Source of the DNA: Iphione sp. A-MEVVRFRX5
Taxonomy: Eukaryota
Reading direction: 5' to 3'
DNA length: 64,000 nt
Assembly (NCBI GenBank): GCA_976226885.1
Contig: OZ320314.1
Location: forward strand, 35,712,001-35,776,000
In this document: positions 54,706 through 64,000 of the stretch, in pieces
How positions within the stretch are numbered: the stretch's first letter is position 1
How the letters are laid out: each line of letters starts with the position of its first letter
Made by a program: the position numbers and the translations under genes
The notes under the pieces: generated by a model
The model's database searches: none
Told to the model about the DNA's origin: nothing
What the model saw: only the letters and a program-made list of their open reading frames with translations

Positions 54706-57700
54706 CATTTCAGGAATGTTGTTGTGATCACCGTAGGTTATCCATTTAATCATTTCGTTTGTATTCATCTTTTTTTTTCTCGTTGACTCATTTGTATCAT
54801 CCTCTCTTGAAAGGGCTGTGTATCGTTGAAAATTAAGGCCGGCATCAATCACATGGCGAATCTCCGGAGAATGTCCTTAACTGTCAACAATTCTACAGAG
54901 ATGTTCTCTGAAACAAGTTGCTTTTAACTTCACTTAAAGCACGCTCCACCAAAGGACAGAGGTCGTCGAACGCCTGCATGTCCTTGTCTTTAACCCAAGA
55001 AGCTGGCGGCCGCGGTGAATCTACATGCGCCTTACCCATCCGTACTATCGACCGACGGCTGACCTCTGACCTGGACCCTGACCCGTCTCCACGGAGACCA
55101 CCTGAGACAGGAGTGGTTGTCGCAGCGAAGAAGCATCGCTGCACTGCCCAGGGCGGTAGGAGCAGGAGAAGGACGGGTTGATTAATTGTAGTCAGACGTC
55201 GGCGATGACTGCTGAGTACCTGCACCGTTGGGTCACGGCGGGGTGCCGCATCACTTGGTTATGACTGAAGTGAAATTCAGGGAGAGCACGGTATAAGCGT
55301 CTTCTTAGTCACTTGAGTCTTCAATGCTGAAGCTGATCCTTGAATAACTACCATAAACATATGGAAATATTTGCCTAAAACATACACGACCATTTTTGTA
55401 TCGTAACTTACAGAACGATATACTAAAACATACCTGCAATCTGCCTTGTCCCGACGAAAACATCGGTGAACCCAGCATAATCTAAAAACACATTCAAAAA
55501 GCAGATGGTAGTGCCTTTTCAATGCCAGTTAGAAGTACATATAAGACGTAACGACAGGACACGTGACGTCGGTGGTTCATACTCATGTAATATTTTGATT
55601 ATACCAAATGGGAATGTTCCATGACCGTCGTTTTTTAGATTAATGTTATTTCTGTGCAGAAAATGTGAAAAGTTCATCCAATGGGCTGAGGGTCGGTCTG
55701 AAGAGGCAGAAGAATTTCCCAGTAAATGAATCTTTCTACCTATGAGTAGCACATTCAACCATAGCATATCAGTAACGTTTTCAATTCGATGCAATCATAA
55801 GCGTCCTGGCCGCTAGTTGGATTCTTAATCTGACCCCTCACCTCCTTTCCGATTGCTCCTAACGTTCACAAAACACCTGCTTGAGCTTGAGCTTGTATGG
55901 TAAGCAATATCGGCGGCCTTATAGGACAACCGCCTTATCAGTGATTGTAAAGAAGCAGCTCCGTGCCTCCGGACATGTCGGAGCACCAGTGGTGTACGCG
56001 GAGGTCGCACCAGCCGGCTCCACTTTCATAATTCTGTCGCCTTTTTTCTTCATTTTTCCCCCTCCAATCTGCCAGCTCGGAGGTCGTGATCCTCATGCTC
56101 CACGGGAGAGCAAAGTTGCAGAAAAAACTGTCACAAACGAGGAAATAATAATAATGGCCTCCAAAAAAAGCTATGCCGAACGCGATGCGAAAGCGTCACG
56201 GCAAATTGGATCAGTGATTAGTGTGCGTACATTGAGGACGCGGCCCGTTGGAAGACGGCCGTGTGGACGCCCATCGTATTCTTTCAGGAGCTATATACAC
56301 GACGAGGCTAATACACGAGCAGCTCACTTCTCCAAAGATCTGCTCTTCGCCACTAATTATCGGTGGGTGGGACGACGGTTGCGCTCTGGTGTTTTGTAGC
56401 ATCCACACGCCGTGTGTCATGGTGCTCCGAGTGGGTTCCTGCTTGGAGCTGCTGCTAAGCGCAGCAGTAATTCGGCATTCAATGGGGGAGGCTGGCAATG
56501 TGGGCAAATTCGCCGAGAGAAATGATTAAACACTGTGCATGCAGTTTGTCATCTGATTGGATTGCAGAGTGGATGAGGCCTTCGGGGTTGAACAGCCTTG
56601 GTGATTAGAGTTTTTTCAATCCTTTCTTTTACAATTTTCTACTGCAAAAGCCTTTTTTCATCTTATTGTTTTACTGATATCGCTTAATGGAAAGACTGGG
56701 CCAAAGCATAATCTCTTCTACTTGTCCTTGCGGCAGCACAGGCAGCATTCAATCTGCATTCTTTCTGATACATTAAGAAACCTCTGCTTTTCAACGTCAA
56801 TTAGCCTAATCTGGTCGAAGTTCTTCCTCGCTGCCAGCGTTCCCAATTAACGAGGAGGAGGAAGGTGCCAAGTAAAAAGTACCGGACGTTGGGAGCGCGG
56901 TTATTGCCCCCGTCATGGCCAAATAGATTGCTGACTGCACCAGAGCATTTTCCAACGGGCAGCAATCGAAGGTCTTTGCATTTTTTCCCCTTACGAGCCT
57001 AATTAAGATCAAAAGGCACAGGTCACAAGGTTCAAGCTTGAGATAATCAAGGCTTTGAGAAATAATTCTTCATGCGAGGAAGAAACCGACAGGCGGCAAA
57101 CTTTTGTGATCATTTTATGGCAAGCCACATCTAGGTTACCGGCGTGACATTAAGATCTGTCGAAATGAATCGATCCATTCAGTTATTGGAGATAATAACG
57201 AATCGGCCGGCCGTTTGTTGCCTACTTTGTGGACATTTGGCAAAGGCCTAACGGTTATGATGTATTTGATAAGACCTTACAGCATCAACATATCTATGTT
57301 GTCATTTTAAATTATCCACAAACAACCCTTGTCATTTTTTCTTTGTACTCAAAGTTTTCTTTCCTTTATCATTTTTACCAGACTGAGGGAAATGCTACAA
57401 GTTCAGTTTATTTTTATTCGGTTCAAAGCGACAGCTAGATTGGGCTCAGCCTTTTTTATATACATCTTCTCCTGTTCAAATGAAGACAAACTTCTAAAGG
57501 GAATAAAACGAATACCAGACGCTGAATCATTCGATTCCAGGGAATCCCTAAGAGCCTTTGTAATAAATCAATAAAAAGAGCTCACAATCAATAACAATTT
57601 TTAAAGACATCTTCATTAACTACCTGTCGATTGGTCTGACAATATTAAATACTGCGCGCCTCTCCTACTCCCTACTGCTCGCGTTAGTGCTTCTTGTGGG

Positions 57701-58769
57701 TCAGTGAACAGTTTTGTGGCCATCCATCGGCCGAGGCAAAATACAGAAGTCTTCTTGGGAAGAATTTTTTCTTTGATACTACTGTCGTGTTTCTGCCTCT
57801 CTTCTCCAGCACTGCAATAAGTCGGCTATTCCAGTCTTCCTCCTGTCGAGAGTCCCGGCAGGAACTGGAGAGGACGTGTGACGGCGGTTGTCGCGTTGAT
57901 CACTTGATCCCAGTCGGGTAGTCGCGTCCTGCCTGTGTGTGACTCAGCCGTCTCTCGTCGCGCGCGACAGGCCCGTCGCCCGCGCCTGCTTGTTTCCGGT
58001 CGGGACATCTCCGGTCGGTCGCGATCCGGGGCTGTTTGTCTCTGTCAACATCAGATTATTCAGGCGGCCCGCTTCGTTTCCGGATCGATCAGTCCTTAAT
58101 GGACCGAAAAAGATCTGTCCGTCGGCGCAGATCCGAATTTTAAACCAACAAACCCGGCACAACCCCGACACCCCCCACCCCACCACCACCCGCCCAGACT
58201 TACCATCCTCTACAGCAGTGATCGCTCTCCCTGTCTCCCTCGGGCGTGCTTCTTGCAATCCCCATGGCTTCGTCCACTGTGTAATAACACCGCATACCGT
58301 CGGTCTTTATAATTATCATGTAAGAGTGAGGGAACATGTCCAGACATGCATCTAACCTGTAGGGCCTAGTATTTTAAGGAGGATCTATTTATAGAATGAA
58401 ATAGATTGCCTACTCAGTCATTCGCGATGGACAGTATAAGCGACAGGGCCAGTGCATCAGTGGGTGAACGTGAGATATTAAAGCCACATTGATTTTTCCA
58501 TCGGATAATTAGGATAACGGAGACGGTTCTCTGATAAATGTGAGGGCGGTCGATGATTTCTGACAAATTGACGTCTTGCACGCGGCTGAAAACTGACATT
58601 CGAGCAAGATAAATGCTCTGAATTAAGATCGTCTTCGAGATGAAGATCACTGTTGGTGTGGAGAAAAGAATGAAAGGTATGGCAACGATATGAAAATCAG
58701 GCTGTAAGCAGGAAGCAGTCTGATCGTAGAAGACATTCTCGAATATGATGGCTCCTTCGAGTGGAGAAA

Positions 58770-58900
58770 TCTGACTTCAATTACACTCTCGCAGCATCCG
58801 TAGATTAGATATCATTCACGTGTCAGTAGGGAACATGAAGGATGATGTCGTCGGCATAATTTCTGGACAGCAGTGGTTTTGATATATCATTACTACACAC
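58770..58900 (-). mobile_element. possible highly decayed LINE RT catalytic-motif fragment
   Basis: Minus strand NDISKPLLSRNYADDIILH..STDAARV*LKSDF, with YADD at 58858-58847. Order resembles INDL..YADD..D...LQ.DL, but there is no upstream GVPQGS motif. Confidence 0.25.
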
Positions 58901-61900
58901 CGCACATTTGACTATAGTGACGAGGACAGGGAATCAGCGACATTGTCTAATCTAAAACAAAAGCCCTATTTACTTTAGCACCATCGATCAATGGGGCTAT
59001 CATATTGGGAGCTATTCGTCCTTCTCATAAAAAATACGTGGGGATAACATCGATGATTCCTATAGGGGAAAGTGGTCACAGAGGCGGGTCGCCAGTCAGT
59101 CGCCCTGTCGCCAAGATTGATTCCAGTTTACATAGAGGGCGCGCCATCTGGTGGTTAATAAGTCCCGCTCGCCGGAAGTTGCCGTCGCTCTGACTCATGG
59201 GAGGTTAGACGGGGGGTGTAAGGGCTTGTCATAAGTCGGGACACTGCACAGGACACAGTAAGATGAGTGAATCCATCGTGCATTGCAATTACTTGCTTAT
59301 CGCAGCTCTATCGCAGACGCGACGGAGTAGCGCGGCCGCCGCGACTTTGCCAACTAGTTTGGCCCCTGAGGCTTCCGCCGGCTTCCGCAATGTGCCCATC
59401 CCCGCGGTGGTGGCCGCTTCCGCCGGCCCACGTGATTACAGATAGCGACGAGACATATACACCGCCGGGGGAGCTGTCATTTGGGCGTTGGTGCGCTCCT
59501 AACCGTCACCGAAAGTGCAATGATCAGAAATGGGAGCGAAACCGTCAGTACAATCTTGGTTGGCAGCGCCAGGCGCGGTACGGCTGGCGGGAAGGATCCC
59601 CCTGTGGATGCATGCTTGACGATGTGGGGTTCTCTTACAGGGGTCACCTGCAATAATTAGTACAAATATGTTTTTTTTCTGTGCGCCGTGCAGTCGCAAA
59701 GCCGATACCATCTACGAGTGACGCCCATACGAGATAAAAACCGTCCATATTTCATTTGAGGCGGTCTCAGTGGATCTATTCGAATGGGCAACTTCTCAGT
59801 ATGGCCGGCGAGTCACTCCTGGGTAGTCAACTCAAGGCGAGCGGCTTAATGTGCACTAAAAGTGGTGCTACACACGGCCGGACAAATCACCGGCCTTGCT
59901 TAGCGAGAGGGAGTTTGTCTACTAGCCCCGACCACCTAACTTGGGGGCCCTCAACAGTGATCAATTATAGGCCCCCCATACCTAATAGAGTGGACTTCTG
60001 AGGACTCGCCATTGGTGCAAGGTGGGTTATAACTCACACGGCGTCGCCAAAGGTTCCTGTTGGCGACCTCCTTCTCCATGCAGTCCCACTTCGTCGACTT
60101 GCCTGGCGTCGTCCGCCCTACCAACCGGCCGCTCCCCCCCCCACTTTGTCGCCTACGCGTCCGCCGTCCTGTTCCCACCAAACAACCAAGCAGCTCTGTT
60201 ATCAATCGATTGGGGGCGCTTGGCGGGCGAACGACCTCAGCAGCGACCACGGCGCAGGAAGGTAGGTGGGTTGTGGTGGGGACACCAGCAACAACCAATC
60301 AACGCCAGCCTACTTTCAACTCATGGCTCCCGTGTTGATGAGCCTGATACTGCGACAATGATCACCATTAAACAAAGGTAATTGCATCGTCATGATGTAA
60401 ATTAAATCAGATGAAGCCAAGCGTCCGGTTGGTACACAAATTAATGACAACGAAAGCCAATGAAACCCGCCTGTCTGATTTGCTAATTAAAGTATCTATG
60501 CCTTTGTCCCTCATCATGATCAAAAGGCCACAATCAAATGTGAAAGCACTGTGAAGCGTAAGACGTTGTTAGTGTACACATATATAGCTGGGACGGACTT
60601 GACTTCGTCTGTGGCGAGCATGTTCAGTTTGGGAACGTCTCAATAAATACCTCTCATTAAATTGTTTTGAAGGCCGTGCATCGGCATTAGCGCTGATAAG
60701 GCGATAATAAGTCAAGAGCGATGGATATAAAATTTTCAAATCCCATTATTTTAACCATACAAAAATACTCGGAATCTGATGGGTTTCTCCACAAATTTCT
60801 TTAATTATCCTTTAAGTCTTACACTGCGATGGCAATAAATGGTATCTTAAATACAAATTTACCAAACGTACACATTTAACAACATGCCTTAAATCGTGCA
60901 GTGGGGATCTTCAAAGTAGTACTTTATATTAATCTATTCTGAATTGGTGCTTTGATATGTTTGTATATGACAATAACTGAAATGATGAATGGCTTTCTCT
61001 GAAAAACAATAAAATTAACATTTGGAACGCAACGATTTAGTCACATGACTCAAAACACCTTTTAGTACTGTATGGATGCTTTCTGGCGCGGTATTTCTAC
61101 CTCAAAAGGAATGCCAAATAAGAACCTAGCGCAGTGACCTAATTTTTTTCTGTTTAAAAACGACAGGACGAACAATCCTGCCGAGTATTTCCTGGGACGT
61201 AGTAAAAGGTTGATATTACCGATGGGTTTATCTATAATGGAACGTTTCAGAGCACGAGGGAACAATAAAAAAAGGCTCATTGTTGGACCGCATGTATTTT
61301 GAAGCTCCACTTCACGCAGTAGACATTATCCAGCCCACCAACACCTACATCATTGACACTAGCCATAAACTGGCCGCCATGTTCGACTGGCTGGGCCACT
61401 GGAAATCGATATTACGACGTTTCATCCATGGCCGAAATAATTGACTTAATAACAGTAGTAGCACATTTTTTTTGTATTGAGTTGAATGTATACAAACCCT
61501 CGGCCAACACCTCAATAATTCATCATGCCTCGGAATGAAATGCCGGGTTAAAATTTGCAAGGGATTCCAAGGTTGAAATGCATTGAAAACGTATAACTTT
61601 GAAGATTATGAATACGTTGGGGGGAGGGGGTTACCAGCCAGTTGTCCGGTGAAATGTAATCGGCGAGCACAATCTGTTTGACGGCTATCATTCTCCACAC
61701 AGGTAATAGTACCATGGCTGAAAATTAAACGAGAGACCTCGTTCAATCAATGTTCTGCACAATAGCCCTGTAACTGGATCAACGCTTTGCAAGGGGGTAA
61801 CGTTCCGCCATTTCATCCGCTTATGTATGAGATTCCCAATTCATATGCCGCACTACTTCGATTACCCGCGGTCGTGATTATCCTCGGCCTTTGTTTACTT

Positions 61901-62378
61901 GTAATATATCATGCTAAGTAATTCCACTCTCTTTTGGGGTGTGTCGACACACTCTTGTAACGGACTGGATTCGTACGACCCAAAACGAGGCACAATTTCA
62001 AAATCGAGCTGGGATTTATGCGCTATCAATCTCACTCGATTTCATTTAACTGCGGAATCTCATCTTCCGTACCCATCAGGGGCCTTCTCACCCACATCAC
62101 GGGTGACCGTCCCCCCAACCCGGACTCGCCTCACAGATCGATCATCGACAGGTTCCCTGGGATCCATACGAGGCCATAATCAAGCAGGTGGCTGCGGCCG
62201 AGTCTGGCACACACACACACACTGTGTGACATGATCTTGATCGTATCAATAATGTATCCTTCGTGCCTCTTGGATCTCTTTGTGGGCTTCGTGCGGGGAA
62301 TCGCAGCATGCAGTGCGCTGTTTTGCCACGCGCGCAACCATGACAACCTGAAAACACAGTAAATTGCACGTGCGTATG

Positions 62379-62394
62379 TACGTACGTACGTACG
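62379..62394. repeat. (TACG)4 microsatellite in a CA/TG-rich patch
   Basis: tacgtacgtacgtacg, read directly. Confidence 0.9.
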
Positions 62395-64000
62395 CACATG
62401 TGTGTCTGTGTGTACGCGTATGCACCAGTGTGAGTGTGTATATGTCGGCTCATGGGTTAGCTGGCATGTTTTCCCAATCCTCTGGTGAGGGTGACAATCT
62501 TCCCCTCTGTGCCAGCGTCTAGGGGAAGGGTATACCAACCCAATGATTATTAAGCTGAAGGGGAATTAATAAAAACGAGATGATGGATGCTATAGACAAT
62601 ACTACCTGTCCGTCTCTCTTGAGGCTGGGAGCAGAGCATGGTGATTATGATAAGCCAGGGAGGTCGCGTTCCGGTCCCTGCCTAATCCATCAGCATCGTT
62701 CAGCCGCTCCGATAGCGCGCCGACGAGGCGGATGGTCAGTTCTGCCCTACAGGAGATACTCAACAGTTCTAAGGCAGTACAGGCGGCCCCCTCTAGCGAC
62801 TGAGCCTGCATGTGAACAGACACGCTCGCCTCATCTGCCAAAGTCTCAATATAATTTCTGCGTACATGAAGACGGAGGGGGAAGGTTGCAATACCGGTAC
62901 GCTGCATATTTGCGGAGCTGCACTGAAGTAAGGGCAATAACAGCAGCGTAAAATATGGGCAGTTATCACCATTTTCTGACTAGCTGATCTTCTGATAATA
63001 TTATGGGGTACTCACCTACATGTCAGGAAATGATCAAGTACTAATTCGCTCGGTGGTATAAAACATGAACAAACATATTTTGATGTAGATGCCATGAAAA
63101 CATAGAGTAAATACCACACTTTAGTGGTTCATTATTTATTGAAAGCATTAACTCTCATACAAAAAGGTACTTTTAGAGGAACATCAGTAACTATGTTCGA
63201 ATAAATACATATCTCTTGAGCACGTTCCTTTTTTTGGTAAGCGAGTGCACTGCATACAGAAGAAATCATTTTCAGTTGTGAACTTTGTGGTGAATATTTT
63301 ATGTCCGCTAGATGACAAATGGGATATATATTCTGCTCCAGCGGAAATATTCCCGATTCTTATCAAACAAAATACACGTAATGCTTGAATTAAACGCATC
63401 TAGTTAGATTCTTAACGACCATTAGTAATGCCCTCACCAGTACATATACTATCCGCCGAGCACCTGCACCTGGCACTGCAAGCGACTTTCGTTGTTTAAA
63501 CGCGTTATTCGGCACCGACCGAGAGCTGACCTGTGCCAATATTCATGGCTCAGCATTTGCACATGTATACATAAAGAGGACATAAATCGAGCTTGTGAGA
63601 CGGATCACGACAGGTAGAGACCAAGCGGATGAAAAAAAAACATCGTGACATGAATAAACCCTTTGTCGGGCATTTGGTATGTTGCCGTATTCTAAAGTAG
63701 ATTTCAAGATTTTTAGGCAGATTTTTCATGCTTTAAATACTCTGATAAGCGTGCAAATATTTGAATTTAGACTATACTTTGTGCCGAAGTATTCTGCATG
63801 CCTATACGCACAATGTACACATGTACTTTCTACATTCCTGTATTCAAGCTTTTTTAATCGGATGTCCATAAAAAAAACTACAAACCTTTGAAGTATACAT
63901 GTCTGGCTTCTGTTGTGAAGTTATCATCATCTCCAATTCAATTTTATAGACCATTAGGCAGTAGTTTTGTCGTGCCTGTTAAGCCATACATCACTCTGCT

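Noticed and set aside
54893-55060. Coding-looking minus-strand stretch WVKDKDMQAFDDLCPLVERALSEVKSNLFQ
   Set aside because: No good splice acceptor and no recognised homology. Worth a BLASTX but not supportable.
1-64000. CRISPR arrays, operons, rRNA/tRNA/snRNA genes, telomeric repeats
   Set aside because: None seen. No regularly spaced repeat-spacer array and no prokaryotic gene density.

Overview
Eukaryotic, essentially non-coding 64 kb window, most like a marine invertebrate (amphioxus/hemichordate/mollusc style; this is inferred from the MITE and repeat vocabulary, not from a search). I cannot support any complete protein-coding gene, RNA gene or CRISPR array. The supplied ORFs (max 196 aa) are within chance expectation and match no family I recognise. 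Best-supported content: two diverged copies of a PIF/Harbinger (Tourist-like) MITE, an 87-bp Tc1/pogo-type MITE, a piggyBac-like TTAA element, a decayed 5'-truncated CR1/L2-group LINE, a decayed Ty3/gypsy RT fragment, two old diverged tandem arrays (a CATG-dense ~330-350 bp duplication and a ~155 bp x4 array), microsatellites and G-rich tracts. There are also several isolated promoter-, first-exon- and exon-like patches that do not assemble into a convincing gene. I found no convincing novel system. The most worthwhile leads are a recursive-splice/RS-exon-like site at 47871, a p53-family half-site cluster in the CATG array, and the mosaic character of the window, which should be validated as genuine contiguous genomic DNA.
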